DNA from: Opitutia bacterium
GTDB lineage: Bacteria > Verrucomicrobiota > Verrucomicrobiia > Opitutales > T3Sed10-336
Direction of reading: 5' to 3'
Length of the DNA: 64,000 bases
Assembly (NCBI GenBank): GCA_050506795.1
Contig: JBJHCF010000002.1
Coordinates: forward strand, 62,933-126,932
In this document: piece after piece, positions 18,575 to 29,785 of the stretch
Numbering within the stretch: position 1 is the first letter of the stretch
Layout of the letters: every line of letters starts with the position of its first letter
Position numbers and translations under genes: made by a program
The notes under the pieces: generated by a model
Told to the model about the DNA's origin: nothing
The model's database searches: none
Seen by the model: the letters and a program-made list of their open reading frames with translations, nothing else

Positions 18575-19615
18575 CTATTGTATTTTCTTTTCGATCTCCT
18601 CCAGGCGCACGCAGGCGACGCGGGAGTCGGTGTGGACTTCGCGCAGGGCGGGCGGTTCGCCGCGCACGTCGCAGACGCCCGATTTCGCGTGGGGACAGCG
18701 GGGATGGAAGCTGCAACCGGGCGGGAGGTCCGCGGGATCGGCGGCTTCTCCAGAAATCTGAAACTCCAGGTGAACATCCGGATCCGGATAGGGAATGGCG
18801 GATAAAAGCGCCTGGGTGTAAGGGTGGCGGGGGTTTTCGAACAGCGCCTCGGTTTCGGCCAGTTCGACAACTTTGCCGCCGTACATCACCGCCACCCGGT
18901 CGCAGATGTGGCGAATGACGCTCAAATCGTGCGCCACAAAGATGTAAGTCAGGTCGAACTCTTCCTGAATGTCCTCCAGCAGGTTGATGACCTGCGCCTG
19001 CACCGAAACGTCCAGGGCCGACACCGCTTCGTCCGCGACAATTAAGGCGGGGTTCATGATCAGGGCTCGGGCGATACCGATGCGCTGGCGCTGGCCGCCG
19101 CTGAAGGCGTGGGGATAACGCACCCGGTGTTCGGCCTTGAGCCCGACCCGGACCAAGGCCTCCTCCACCCGCCGCCGCAGCTCGGCACCTTCGGCCAGGC
19201 GGTGGATACGGAGCGGTTCGCCCACAATGTCTCCCACCGTCATCCGCGGATTAAGAGAGGAGAACGGATCCTGGAAAATCATCTGCATCTGCTGACGCAT
19301 CGGTTTCAGTTCCCGTTCGCTGATTTTCGCCAGGTCCACCGTGCGGCCGTTGGCACGAAACAAAACCTCGCCGCTCGTCGGCTCATACGCACGCAGGATA
19401 GTGCGGGCGGCGGTGGTCTTCCCCGAACCGCTCTCACCCACGAGGCCCAGTGTCTCACCGCGCATCAGGTCGAAGTTGAGATTATCCACCGCCTTGACGG
19501 TTCCCACTTGTTTCCTGAAAAACCCCTTGCCGCGGATGGGGAAATGCTTGCACAGGTTGCGCACGCTCAAAAGGGGCTCTTCCCGGCGACCGTTCTCGGT
19601 GGTGGTTGCGCTCAT
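18575..19615 (-). CDS. oppF: Opp/Dpp-family ABC ATP-binding subunit
   Basis: [27 protein letters not shown] and C-terminal GCSFHPRC. Confidence 0.9.
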   Translation of the reverse strand: MSATTTENGRREEPLLSVRNLCKHFPIRGKGFFRKQVGTVKAVDNLNFDLMRGETLGLVGESGSGKTTAARTILRAYEPTSGEVLFRANGRTVDLAKISERELKPMRQQMQMIFQDPFSSLNPRMTVGDIVGEPLRIHRLAEGAELRRRVEEALVRVGLKAEHRVRYPHAFSGGQRQRIGIARALIMNPALIVADEAVSALDVSVQAQVINLLEDIQEEFDLTYIFVAHDLSVIRHICDRVAVMYGGKVVELAETEALFENPRHPYTQALLSAIPYPDPDVHLEFQISGEAADPADLPPGCSFHPRCPHAKSGVCDVRGEPPALREVHTDSRVACVRLEEIEKKIQ

Positions 19616-20733
19616 GATTCCGACTTGCCGGTTTGACCGGACGAACCGCCTTCCGCGGCTCCCTTGAGTTCCTCCTGGATTGCCTCCGCCCGGATGCAGG
19701 CCACTCTCCGGCCGTCCGGCATCTCACGCAGTTCGGGCGGCCCGCCGACGTCGCATTCCCCGGGCTCGGCGAAAGGACAGCGGGGATGAAAGGGACAGCC
19801 CGCGGGCATTTCGGTGAGGGAAGGCACACTGCCCTTGATCGCCTTCAGACGTTTCGACCGAACGTTGATGCTGGGTAACGAATCGAGCAGCCCCATGGTG
19901 TAGGGGTGCATGGGTCGCTTGAGCAAGGCGCGCACGTCGGCGTGTTCGACAATGCGCCCGAGATACATCACGGCCACATCGTCGGCCGTCTGTGCCACCA
20001 CTCCCAGATCGTGGGTGATGAGAAGTACGGACGCCTGCGTCTCTTTCTGCAGGTCCTTGATCAGTTTGAGAATCTGCGCCTGGATCGTGACGTCCAGGGC
20101 GGTGGTCGGTTCGTCGGCGATCAGCAGTTTCGGGCTGCACAGCAGCGCCATGGCGATCACCACCCGCTGACGCATTCCTCCGCTGAATTCGAACGGATAC
20201 TGTTTCAGGCGCCGCTCCGGGCCGGGAATGCCCACCCGGCGCAGCATGTCGGCGGCCCGGCGCTCCGCTTCGGCCTTCGGCACATCCTCATGCGTCAAAA
20301 TGGCTTCGCAAAGTTGATTGCCAATGGTGTGCACCGGACTCAGCGCGGTCATCGGTTCCTGAAAGATCATGCTGGCAACCCCGCCGCGCAAGCGATAGAT
20401 CCTGTCGTCCTTTTCGGGAAGATCCACCACCTCGATACTTTGGCCGGCTTCCGGATAAAGCCTTATCCTGCCTCCAACGATCTCCCCCGGTTTTTGAATC
20501 AGGCGCAGAATGGAAAAGGCGGTGACACTCTTGCCGCATCCACTCTCACCCACCAGCGCCAAGGTGCGTCCGCGGTCCAGGTGGAAAGTAACGCCGTTCA
20601 CCGCGGGAATCACGCCCTCTTCGGTGTGAAACCAGGTCTGCAATTCCTCCACCTCCAGAACGCGATCCGGTTTCCCGGCGTCAACTGAAGCGGGGCCGGA
20701 GGGCGGGCTCTGAGTCTTAAGGTCGTTTTCCAT
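19612..20733 (-). CDS. oppD: Opp/Dpp-family ABC ATP-binding subunit
   Basis: [32 protein letters not shown]. Confidence 0.9.
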   Translation of the reverse strand: MENDLKTQSPPSGPASVDAGKPDRVLEVEELQTWFHTEEGVIPAVNGVTFHLDRGRTLALVGESGCGKSVTAFSILRLIQKPGEIVGGRIRLYPEAGQSIEVVDLPEKDDRIYRLRGGVASMIFQEPMTALSPVHTIGNQLCEAILTHEDVPKAEAERRAADMLRRVGIPGPERRLKQYPFEFSGGMRQRVVIAMALLCSPKLLIADEPTTALDVTIQAQILKLIKDLQKETQASVLLITHDLGVVAQTADDVAVMYLGRIVEHADVRALLKRPMHPYTMGLLDSLPSINVRSKRLKAIKGSVPSLTEMPAGCPFHPRCPFAEPGECDVGGPPELREMPDGRRVACIRAEAIQEELKGAAEGGSSGQTGKSES

Positions 20734-20738
20734 GACAA

Positions 20739-21923
20739 TTACAGCGAGGCATAGGGATCCGCCGCGTCGCGCATTCCGTCTCCGAGGAAATTAAAGGCCA
20801 GCACCGTCACCACGATGGGCAGCACCGGCATCAAGAGCCAGGGATAATTGGCCACCGCCTGCAACTGCATGGTGTCCTGGAGCATGACGCCCCAACTCAC
20901 CACCGGCGGACGCAGGCCCAATCCGAGAAAACTCAGGGCCGTTTCCCCGAGAATCATGGCGGGAACACTCAAGGTGAGCACCACAATGATGTGGCTGGTG
21001 AAGCCGGGAACAAGGTGCCGAAAAAGCACCCGGCCGTGGGAAGCGCCAAGGAGGCGTGCCGCCACCGCGTAATCCTCCTCGCGCAAGGCCAGAATCTTGC
21101 CCCGCACCACCCGAGCCAGGCCGGTCCACCCCAACAGGCTCAGAACCAGAGTGATTCCCATATACATGACCACCATGGGCCAATCCGCCGGCATAATCGC
21201 CGCCAGCGCCAGCCAGAGCGGCAACTGCGGAAACGCGTTCACCACCTCGATCGCCCGCTGAATGAAATCATCCACCGCGCCGCCCATATAACCGGATATG
21301 CCTCCGATAATGATGCCCAGAATGGAAGTGATAACGATGGCCAGCATGCCGATCGACAGACTGATCCGCGAACCGTATATCAGCCGGCTGAAAATATCGT
21401 GCCCGTACTTGTCGGCCCCAAGAAAATAAAACACCGCTTTCTCCGGGGAAATTTCGCCCCGTTCGACCGCACGGTGATCGACCCCGAAGAAACGTCGCTG
21501 CGTTTCAAACAGCCCCCAGACGCGGTAGGGTTCGCCCTTGACGAAAAACGACAGGGGCACCACTTCTCCTTCCACCTGAGTGTACACCTTACGGAAGGTG
21601 ACCGGGTCAAGATTCATCTCCACCGCATCCACATGCCACCCATGCTCGAAACTGAACTTCGGCAACTGCGGCGGAGCATGCATGTAGTCGAGATTCCGCC
21701 ACTCCCGTACATAGGGAGAGAAAAACTCGCAGAACGCGGCCACCACATAAAGGACCACCAGGACAAACAGGGAAAACACCGCCAGCTTGTGGCGCTTGAA
21801 TCGGCGCCGCACCAGCTGCCACTGCGACAATTCACCGATGGCAACGCCGCCTCCCTCCCCCTGGTTCATCGAGGCTTTGCCCTCTCGCACCTCCCTCGCT
21901 CGTGTTTGCAGAAATGTACTCAT
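20739..21923 (-). CDS. oppC: Opp/Dpp-family ABC permease (OppC-like)
   Basis: LGADKYGHDIFSRL.YGSRISL; EAA-loop REEDYAVAARLLG; ATGA overlap with the upstream gene. Confidence 0.88.
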   Translation of the reverse strand: MSTFLQTRAREVREGKASMNQGEGGGVAIGELSQWQLVRRRFKRHKLAVFSLFVLVVLYVVAAFCEFFSPYVREWRNLDYMHAPPQLPKFSFEHGWHVDAVEMNLDPVTFRKVYTQVEGEVVPLSFFVKGEPYRVWGLFETQRRFFGVDHRAVERGEISPEKAVFYFLGADKYGHDIFSRLIYGSRISLSIGMLAIVITSILGIIIGGISGYMGGAVDDFIQRAIEVVNAFPQLPLWLALAAIMPADWPMVVMYMGITLVLSLLGWTGLARVVRGKILALREEDYAVAARLLGASHGRVLFRHLVPGFTSHIIVVLTLSVPAMILGETALSFLGLGLRPPVVSWGVMLQDTMQLQAVANYPWLLMPVLPIVVTVLAFNFLGDGMRDAADPYASL

Positions 21924-24900
21924 TGGGACCCTCCCATTCGGATACGTGGATCCACCCACATCAGCAGCAAGTCGCTAACCAGGGTTCCAAAGACACTTAA
22001 GAGACTCAACACCATCAACATTGAGCCCGCCAGATACATGTCCTGAGTCATCAGAGAACTCAGCAGGAGCGGCCCCACCGTCGGCAGGCTCAATACGATT
22101 GCCACGATGGCGCCACCTGACACCAGTTGCGGAAAAATCTGGCCGATGCCCGAAATAAAAGGGTTAAGCGCCATACGCACGGGATACTTGAAGAGAAGTT
22201 TCATCGGCCGGACGCCCTTGGCGCGGGCCGTGACCACATAGGGTTTCCTCAGCTCGTCCAGCAGGTTCCCGCGCATCACACGTATCATCCATGCCGTGCC
22301 CGCGGTTCCGATGACCACGACCGGAACCCAGATGTGTTGCATCAGGTCGACAAATTTACCCCACGTCCATTCCGGTTGCGCCGCGTATTCGGGCGAGAAC
22401 AGACCGCTGACCTGGGCATCGAACACCGAAGCGCTGATGTACATCAGGATCAGCGCCAGAAGGAAATTCGGAACGCACATCCCGATAAACCCGATCAGGG
22501 TAAAGAAGTAATCCCCGATCGAATATTGCCTCACCGCCGAATATATACCGATTGGGATGGCCATGGCCCAGGTGAAAAGGACAGTGAACACCGAGATCAC
22601 CAGGGTAAGGACAATCCGGTCTCCCACCACGTCGTTTACCAGGCGCGCGTCCTCCATGGAGCGTCCGAGCGAACCTTGCAGCAGTCCCCGGTCCTGCGAA
22701 TCGAACGAAAAAAACCAGTGCAGTCCCAGCCATCGAAAGTACTGCACCAGCTTCGGATCGTCCACGTGAAAGATCGTTTCCAGTTCGCGTATCTCCTGCA
22801 CCGCCGACAGATCGCCCTCCATTTCCAGCTCGATGATACGGGCTTCGATAAAGTTTCCGGGCGGAAGTTGAATAATGACAAACGTCACGATGGAAATGAC
22901 CAGCAGCGTAGGGATAAGAATGATACAACGACGACCGATAAACGGATGCCGGACCGCCAGCATCAAGCCGCCCAGAATAAGGATCCCGTAAACCAGATAA
23001 CGTATGACAGTCCCGACAAAGTCGCCCACCGAGGCGTCGTCCCGCCGCACCCCTTCACGCAGCGTCATGGAAGGATCGGGACGAACATCAACCATGAGCG
23101 CCTTGATCTGAGCGATGGCTCCCGGGGAATCCCGCGGTTCCTCGAAATAGAAAGTCTCGATTCCCGCGTTGGCCGGCGTGTTGAAAATATGGCCGACAAT
23201 GGCATTGCGCGGTACATTGCGAAATCCGTTCTGTACGATCACCAGTTGCGGGGGAGGAGTGCTGATGTTGATGCTCCAGACGTTCTCCGCCGCGATCTCC
23301 AGAACTTCGTTGAAAACCCTGGCCTGCTCCTCCATGTCCTCGATGCCAAGAGCCTCGTCCAGGATTTCCATGCTACGCCGCACCGGATGCCCCGGCGGAG
23401 GCTCAATGGCCAGAGGATGATCCCACGCATCCGGATTGCCGTACAGGCCCCCGCGTTGATACCAACTGGCGTACCCCGGAGCGAAAAAGGAATGCAGCAC
23501 GACCGGCACAAAGTTCCGCGGCTCCACCAGGGGATAGAACTCGCTCTCGCCCGACCAGACGGTGAAGTCATGCTCCAGTCCGGATTGCAGCGCCTGCCAG
23601 AGACGTCGGGCGCGATCCTGCAACAGCACCCGCACTCCAACCTCGGACCAGTGGGTGATGAGAAAATCCGAAGGACCGGTACCGGTGTAATCGGTCAGGT
23701 GCAAATTGAAGGACATGCGGGTGCCGTCGGGGAAAGTCCGGTAGCCTTCCGCGTCGCGCTGATCCAGACCGATTTCATCCAACAGCGCGTTGGCCCGGTC
23801 CGGATCGTACTCGGTGAAGCTGTGGAAAAGGTTGGGATTGTGAAACGCCGACTCCCTTCCGGGATCGAGCTGGGCCGGTTCGGTTTGCCCGTCGTAGTCC
23901 GCCCGAATGATCTCCTCCCGATTGATCGCCAGCGACATCGCCTGGCGAAATTCCTTCCTGTTCAGATACTCGTGCTTCCATCGGGTTTCCGGGCGGTTCG
24001 GATCCACCCGACGGTTGAGATTGGGGAAAACGCAGAATACCGAACGCGAACCCTGGAACCAGTGGTACACGTCGAAGTTGTTTCGTTCCCGCTCGCTCAT
24101 GTAGAGCGTGTAATCGTCGTAACGAATATGCCGCAGTTGCATGGTGATGTCCCCGGCCGCCGCGGTGACCGAAATCATATCCTCCGAGCGGAGGTCATTC
24201 AGGATGCGGTCTACGTAAGGCAACTGGTTTCCCTCGACGTCCACCTGCCAGTAGTAGGGATTGCGCACGAACTCATAGGGAGGGGTACTCTGAAAACTGC
24301 GGGGCACCCACGGCCACATGCGGGGGTGCTCGGGATTGCGAGGTTCCTTGAGCCGAAAATAGGCGGCTCGCGCTGTGGGAACACCCTGGACCCGCACCAT
24401 GGCCGCGATCCGGTCAGGATCCCCGACCTCGGGATGGAACTGCCTCAAATAATGCTCGGGTACCCAGATCTCCTGTTTGGCCATTTGCTCCGCGAACAAC
24501 CCGTGGGGATACGGAAAAGTGACCCGGACCGTGTACTCGTCGATCATCTCGATATCGCCAAGCTCCCCGCGGATGGTCATAAAATCTGGACGCTGTCCGA
24601 AGTGCAGCACTTCATGCTCCCACCAGTAAAGAATGTCCCTGGCCGTAAAAGGGTGTCCATCCGACCAACGCACGCCTTCGCGCAGATGAAAGATGTATTC
24701 ACGACGGTCGTCCGAGACTTCCCAATCCCGTGCCAGGTTCGCCTTCAAGGGGTATCCCAAAGGCGACCAGCGCAAGAGCCGGTCTCCGGAGAGGCGCCAG
24801 GAGATGATCTGCACGTCTCCTTCCGATATCGCCACGCGATACCAGGTGCCCCCGTAGTTCCCAATGCCTTCGACGCCCCGTATTACCGAGGGCTGAGGCC

Positions 24901-25219
24901 CGACTCTTTCGGCGACTGGAGGAAGTCGGCCTTCCGCCACCAGCTCGGCCAGGATCGGCGACTCCCCGCGGGGAAACCACGCGGCCGACTCGCCCTCGCT
25001 GTAATCGACGTCCACGTGAATCACGGGAGGATCGTCCGGATCGAACGACGTGTCCCGATCCCTTTCCAGCAGGTCAATCAGCTCGGGATCGTATTGGGGC
25101 AACCCGGCGCGAATATCAGGACGAAAAAACAGACCGAAAGCATACAATAACGCCACCAGGGAGAGACCCGCTCCAAAAGTCAGTAACAGACAAATGCCGA
25201 AACTCTTAAGTCGTATCAT
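21920..25219 (-). CDS. Fused family-5 solute-binding protein and OppB-like permease
   Basis: N-terminal TM; LPPVAERV, LREGVRWSDGHPFTA.D, RNPYYW.VD.EGNQLPY.D SBP motifs; C-terminal IIQLPPG, YVVTARAKG, DPRIR permease motifs in one uninterrupted ORF. Confidence 0.88.
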   Translation of the reverse strand: MIRLKSFGICLLLTFGAGLSLVALLYAFGLFFRPDIRAGLPQYDPELIDLLERDRDTSFDPDDPPVIHVDVDYSEGESAAWFPRGESPILAELVAEGRLPPVAERVGPQPSVIRGVEGIGNYGGTWYRVAISEGDVQIISWRLSGDRLLRWSPLGYPLKANLARDWEVSDDRREYIFHLREGVRWSDGHPFTARDILYWWEHEVLHFGQRPDFMTIRGELGDIEMIDEYTVRVTFPYPHGLFAEQMAKQEIWVPEHYLRQFHPEVGDPDRIAAMVRVQGVPTARAAYFRLKEPRNPEHPRMWPWVPRSFQSTPPYEFVRNPYYWQVDVEGNQLPYVDRILNDLRSEDMISVTAAAGDITMQLRHIRYDDYTLYMSERERNNFDVYHWFQGSRSVFCVFPNLNRRVDPNRPETRWKHEYLNRKEFRQAMSLAINREEIIRADYDGQTEPAQLDPGRESAFHNPNLFHSFTEYDPDRANALLDEIGLDQRDAEGYRTFPDGTRMSFNLHLTDYTGTGPSDFLITHWSEVGVRVLLQDRARRLWQALQSGLEHDFTVWSGESEFYPLVEPRNFVPVVLHSFFAPGYASWYQRGGLYGNPDAWDHPLAIEPPPGHPVRRSMEILDEALGIEDMEEQARVFNEVLEIAAENVWSINISTPPPQLVIVQNGFRNVPRNAIVGHIFNTPANAGIETFYFEEPRDSPGAIAQIKALMVDVRPDPSMTLREGVRRDDASVGDFVGTVIRYLVYGILILGGLMLAVRHPFIGRRCIILIPTLLVISIVTFVIIQLPPGNFIEARIIELEMEGDLSAVQEIRELETIFHVDDPKLVQYFRWLGLHWFFSFDSQDRGLLQGSLGRSMEDARLVNDVVGDRIVLTLVISVFTVLFTWAMAIPIGIYSAVRQYSIGDYFFTLIGFIGMCVPNFLLALILMYISASVFDAQVSGLFSPEYAAQPEWTWGKFVDLMQHIWVPVVVIGTAGTAWMIRVMRGNLLDELRKPYVVTARAKGVRPMKLLFKYPVRMALNPFISGIGQIFPQLVSGGAIVAIVLSLPTVGPLLLSSLMTQDMYLAGSMLMVLSLLSVFGTLVSDLLLMWVDPRIRMGGSQ

Positions 25220-25451
25220 TCTATCCCCTGATTCTGGCCCCTTTCGATCATGAATCTTCTGAAAAATCGCCGGGAGGTAAAAGGCGAAAAACACCAATGC
25301 CTAACTAAAGAAATCCCCCCTGCAGGTGTCCAGAGGATTGGGGAATTATTTTAGTTTAATCATTGAGCGGTCCTGTTGACGGACTTCCACTCCAAGACCG
25401 GACCGCGGCCGCGCGCGGTCTCGTGATCACCTGCCGGGCGGCTTTCCGGGC

Positions 25452-27554
25452 TTATCGGCCGTGACGCAAAGGAAACACCGGTCGACCCAATCGGCGGGAA
25501 CAGCGTTTCTCAAAGGCCAGCACCGCTTCCGGCTGTTCGCAGACCGCACGCAGGAAGTCGTTCCGGCTGAAGACCAAGAAACGAGCCTCATCCCGGCACG
25601 ACACCTCCAATTCGGAGGGAATACCGGTAAACATGTCCAGTTCTCCAAAAAAATCGCCGATTCCCAATCGCGACCGCTTGAGGTTCCCCGAGTACTCGCA
25701 GGTGCCGTCGTAGAAAATATGAAAGAAAAGGTTGGAATCATGCAGCCGGCCGAGCGACCAGCCCGGCTGTTTAGTCACAAAGCTCCCCGCCCGGGCGAAA
25801 CGGCGGACGGTCTCGCGAGACCATTCACGAAAAAACGGGACTCGCAGGAGGAAGGATGCTTTGACCGCGTCCTTCACCGCCGCGCGGCTTTCCTTTGACA
25901 ATCCGGCCGCCTCGAATTCCTCGCTGGTCAGCGAATAGACAATCCCCGGCCCCAAAGCGCGCACGGTTCTGGCACGGGGCGGTTCATCCCAAAGCGGCAC
26001 CGTGCCGAAGACATCGCCGTGCTTCAACCGCGCCAAACGCAGCAAACGCCCGGATGCCAGCTCGCGGCAAACCTCGAAGTCTCCCTTGAAAACCAAAAAG
26101 ACACGCTTCCGATCCGTTTCCTCACCCACCAGCACTTCACCCTTGCGAACGAACCGGGGCTCCAGGCTCCGGGCGATCGCTTCGCGTTCCGCCGTATCAA
26201 TCCCTCCGAAAAGCACACTTTCCTTGAGCAGGGCCGCCACCTTTTCCGGCGGCGGAGGACAGGATTCGTTATAGGGCGCAAGCGCCGCTTCCCGGGCAAG
26301 TTGAGCGACTCGCCGCAGACGCCTTTCGCGGAGGGCCGCGCCCCCGTTGCGGAGCCCGGCACGAACCGCCAGCCCGGCGGGAAGCAGCGCCGCCGAGGCC
26401 ACAACGGCGCTGAGCAGAGGAGCCGACGCCAGTCCCGGCGCCAATTCAAGGGTCAGAGCCGGGAAAACCCGGACGAAAAGAAAAATCGCACCTGTCACCC
26501 AGAGCAGCCAGGTCACGACGATGCCGACGGCAAACGACCGATTTTCCTGCGACAACCGGCGCCATAAACGACTCCAGGTCCGGCGGGCCGCTTCGAAACG
26601 AAGTTCACGCTGGGTGTCCACCGGCACGCGACCGAAAAGGCCGCTTAATATCTGGGCTACCGCGCCGCCACGGGTCGGCAGAAACCACCAGAGCGCGCCA
26701 ATAAAGACCGCTAAAGCCAAGTGAGGAAACCACAGAAGCACCGCACCGATCAGCCCGGCAACCGGCGCCGCTCGAATCAGTCCGGTCAAGGTTTCTCCCA
26801 TTCGACCGGTCATGCGGGTGGCCCGGAGGTCAAATCGCAAATGCGGGAGCGGGGGCATCCAGGTCCATATCGGCCCGTAAACCTCCACATCGGCCGCCCG
26901 CGCCACAGCGGCCCCCATGAGAGATCCCAGGGAAACCGCAATAAAAACCAGGAGAATGCCCGAAAAATAGTCCAATCCGCCTCGCGGCAGCAGAAAATTC
27001 GTCTCGAAGGAACCGAAAAACGATCTCCCGGTACTGTCCGCATCCACCCCCAAATCGGTCGCCAGCAAACCATATCCTCCCAAACCGAAGGCGCCTGCAA
27101 TCAGGAGGATCGCAACGGAAAACGGCATTGTGAACGGCAGATCGAGGGCGCGCCGCCGCGGCGGCGGCGCGGCGCCGTCCACCAGCAGAATTCCCCGGTC
27201 GACCGCCTTCAACACCAATTCGTAAAACTCGCTCACCGGCGGACTCTTTCCCTCGATCATGAGTTCGGAAAGCACTTCGGGAACCTTGCGACCCTTGCCA
27301 AACGCCTCCAGAATGGATCGCTCGGTCGCACTGATGCCCAACATTTGGCCTTGCGCCGCGCTGGCGACCACCACCCGGCCGCCGGACCGTACGGTCGCCT
27401 CCACATTCGCAGCTACCCGCAGCACGCCCTGACTCAACACCCAGGACTGGTCATCGGACATCACCATCGGCTCCCGTCTCGTCTCCAGCTTGGGCGGCAT
27501 GGGCGGGGGGGGGGCCACTCGGTGACTCCCTCGTTCTGGCAAAGACATTTTCAC
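25452..27554 (-). CDS. Membrane protein with two C-terminal cyclic-nucleotide-binding domains
   Basis: Several TM helices; LARLKHGDVFG...PRARTVRAL and LGIGDFFGEL cNMP-type motifs; GTG overlaps the stop of the upstream gene. Confidence 0.75.
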   Translation of the reverse strand: MKMSLPERGSHRVAPPPPMPPKLETRREPMVMSDDQSWVLSQGVLRVAANVEATVRSGGRVVVASAAQGQMLGISATERSILEAFGKGRKVPEVLSELMIEGKSPPVSEFYELVLKAVDRGILLVDGAAPPPRRRALDLPFTMPFSVAILLIAGAFGLGGYGLLATDLGVDADSTGRSFFGSFETNFLLPRGGLDYFSGILLVFIAVSLGSLMGAAVARAADVEVYGPIWTWMPPLPHLRFDLRATRMTGRMGETLTGLIRAAPVAGLIGAVLLWFPHLALAVFIGALWWFLPTRGGAVAQILSGLFGRVPVDTQRELRFEAARRTWSRLWRRLSQENRSFAVGIVVTWLLWVTGAIFLFVRVFPALTLELAPGLASAPLLSAVVASAALLPAGLAVRAGLRNGGAALRERRLRRVAQLAREAALAPYNESCPPPPEKVAALLKESVLFGGIDTAEREAIARSLEPRFVRKGEVLVGEETDRKRVFLVFKGDFEVCRELASGRLLRLARLKHGDVFGTVPLWDEPPRARTVRALGPGIVYSLTSEEFEAAGLSKESRAAVKDAVKASFLLRVPFFREWSRETVRRFARAGSFVTKQPGWSLGRLHDSNLFFHIFYDGTCEYSGNLKRSRLGIGDFFGELDMFTGIPSELEVSCRDEARFLVFSRNDFLRAVCEQPEAVLAFEKRCSRRLGRPVFPLRHGR

Positions 27555-29623
27555 AAGCGTACCTCCTCATTTTTTCTGAACCGCAACCAAAAACGGACCA
27601 CCTCTTTGGCCGGCATCGGGTGTGCAAACAAAAACCCCTGCAATCTATCCACACCCATATTCCTTAATATTTCCGCTTCCCGTTCATCCTCCACCCCCTC
27701 CGCCACCACGGTCAGGTGCATCGCCCGGCCCATCATGACGATAGCCTGCACGATTCTGCGCCCCTTGTCTTCCGCCACCTGCCGGGTCAGCTCCATGGCA
27801 ATTTTGAGTTCGCCGAAGTGCATGGTGGCAATCTCCGCCAGCGACGAATACCCCGTTCCAAAATCATCCAGTGATATTCCATAACCGGCGGAAGCGAGTT
27901 CCTCCAGCCTATCCCGGCCGGCCGTCGTATCGAAAAATGAAGGGCACTCGGTGATTTCCAGCGTCAGAACGGCGGGCTCCAACCCCCGCCGCTCCATCTC
28001 ACCGGCGAGAAAGGCCGAAAAATCCCGGTTTATCAATTGACGGCGGGAAAGGTTTACCGAGAGCCCGATTTCGAGCCCGTTATTCCGCCACGAGGCGAGG
28101 TCATCCAGCGCCTTGCGCACCACACATTCCCCCAAACGCCCGATCAAACCGCGCCGCTCGGCCTCCGGAATGAACCTCGACGGCGCCACCAGCCCCAGTT
28201 CGGGATCTGTCCAGCGCGCCAGGGCCTCCACCGCCACCATCCGACCGGTGAGCGCCTCAACCAGCGGCTGGTAATGTACCTCGATGCCATCGTCGTTCAC
28301 CGACCGGTTGAAGCGGGCCAGAACCCCCGGGTTGCCGCGAAAAACCGCGCCATCCTCCGACGCATCGTAGCCGCGCCAGGTGTCTTTACCCATCTCTTTG
28401 GCGCGGTATAAAGCCTGGTCCGCCTTCTGCAGTAACGTATCGAGCTTTTCACCGTCCCCCGGAAACACCGCGAACCCGGCGCTCAGGGTGATCGGAGCCC
28501 CCAGGGAGGGCGAACGTGCCGCCTCGCGTCCCAGATTGAGCAAATCCCGGCAAAACTCGTCCACTTTCTCGCGGTTCGGCAGACCGCTTTTCAAGACCAC
28601 CATCTCATCACCGCCCCAACGACATAGCACGTCATCCTCCTGGAGTGCCTCGTTCAAACTCAAAGCCGCCCGCACCAGAACCTTGTCTCCGGCCTCATGC
28701 CCATAAACGTCGTTGATCTCCTTAAAATGATCGAGATCCAGCAAGACCACCGCCAACTGCTCGCCGGTCCTTGTCGCACGAGTCGTCAACTCGCCAAAAC
28801 GTTTCTGCAGAAGCGCACGGTTCGCCATGCCGGTCAGCTGGTCCCGCATGGACAACTCCGTCGCCTCGTTTTTCAGGCGCACCAACTCGCGTTCGGCCGC
28901 GCGCCACTCGGTCACATCGTGACCGTAAAGGTAATAACCGGGAGCCCCCTGGATGGGTGTGGCCGTAAAGGAAAAAACGCGATTCCCGACTCCGACCTCC
29001 ACCGCGACGCGATTGCTCTCTTCCCGGCAGGTTTCGGTTGGTCGCAGCAGTTCCTCCAATGCCTCCGGCAAACGCTCTCCCAACGCCACCCGCCACTCCC
29101 GCAGCAGAACATCGCCCGCCCGGTTCGAATATTGCAACAGTCCCTCGTCATCCACTCGAAAGACCGGGTTCGGATTATCCTCCGGAAAACGGGCCAGGGC
29201 ACGCATCAGGACGTCGGTTTTTTCGCGCTCCTCGATCATAGTCCGGCGCCTGGCCAAGGCCCGCTCGACCGCCCGCCCCAAGGCCACCATGCCAAAGGGC
29301 TTGGTAATAAAATCGAAAGCGCCCTGACGCAGGCAGTCGATCGCCAATTGCAGATCGTGACTCGCGGTCATTAAACAGACCGCCACATCGGGCGCCCGGG
29401 GCAACAGCTCACTCATCAATTCGAGCCCGCTCTCTCCGCCTTTCAGCCCAACGTCGCAGAGCACCAGATCGATGGACTCCCGGCGAAGGCACTCCCGGGC
29501 CTCGGCCAGATGACGGGCCTCGAAAACAGTGTGTCCGTGCCCGGAGAGAAACTCCCGGCACAAACCGGTCAAAGCCTCCTGGTCATCCAAAACCAAAATT
29601 CTGTTTCGGCCAACGTCGCTCAT
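27551..29623 (-). CDS. REC-PAS-GGDEF-EAL protein (c-di-GMP cyclase/phosphodiesterase)
   Basis: ILVLDD...DLVLCD...KPF receiver; ARFPEDNPNPV PAS-like; DLDHFK.IND.YGH..GD, RWGGDEM; YQP..EAL.RW, LDDFGTGYSSL, AEGVE. Confidence 0.92.
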   Translation of the reverse strand: MSDVGRNRILVLDDQEALTGLCREFLSGHGHTVFEARHLAEARECLRRESIDLVLCDVGLKGGESGLELMSELLPRAPDVAVCLMTASHDLQLAIDCLRQGAFDFITKPFGMVALGRAVERALARRRTMIEEREKTDVLMRALARFPEDNPNPVFRVDDEGLLQYSNRAGDVLLREWRVALGERLPEALEELLRPTETCREESNRVAVEVGVGNRVFSFTATPIQGAPGYYLYGHDVTEWRAAERELVRLKNEATELSMRDQLTGMANRALLQKRFGELTTRATRTGEQLAVVLLDLDHFKEINDVYGHEAGDKVLVRAALSLNEALQEDDVLCRWGGDEMVVLKSGLPNREKVDEFCRDLLNLGREAARSPSLGAPITLSAGFAVFPGDGEKLDTLLQKADQALYRAKEMGKDTWRGYDASEDGAVFRGNPGVLARFNRSVNDDGIEVHYQPLVEALTGRMVAVEALARWTDPELGLVAPSRFIPEAERRGLIGRLGECVVRKALDDLASWRNNGLEIGLSVNLSRRQLINRDFSAFLAGEMERRGLEPAVLTLEITECPSFFDTTAGRDRLEELASAGYGISLDDFGTGYSSLAEIATMHFGELKIAMELTRQVAEDKGRRIVQAIVMMGRAMHLTVVAEGVEDEREAEILRNMGVDRLQGFLFAHPMPAKEVVRFWLRFRKNEEVRL

Positions 29624-29785
29624 AGGTGGATCAGGCGTGTTCTCAACACACTCGATCCTACCCACTGACAGTCAACGAAATCGACTTCAATCTTAGGCAA
29701 AAAAGTTTAAAAATGAGCCGACCGATGCGCGTTCACCCAACCCCCGGAGAACGTCCGAACGAGCCGCCAGTCGCGCGATCCGACC

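Noticed and set aside
22127..25150. 1007-aa plus-strand ORF (also 9600-11609, 40293-41897, 61325-62755 and similar)
   Set aside because: Antisense shadows of well-supported genes in GC-rich DNA; no motifs.
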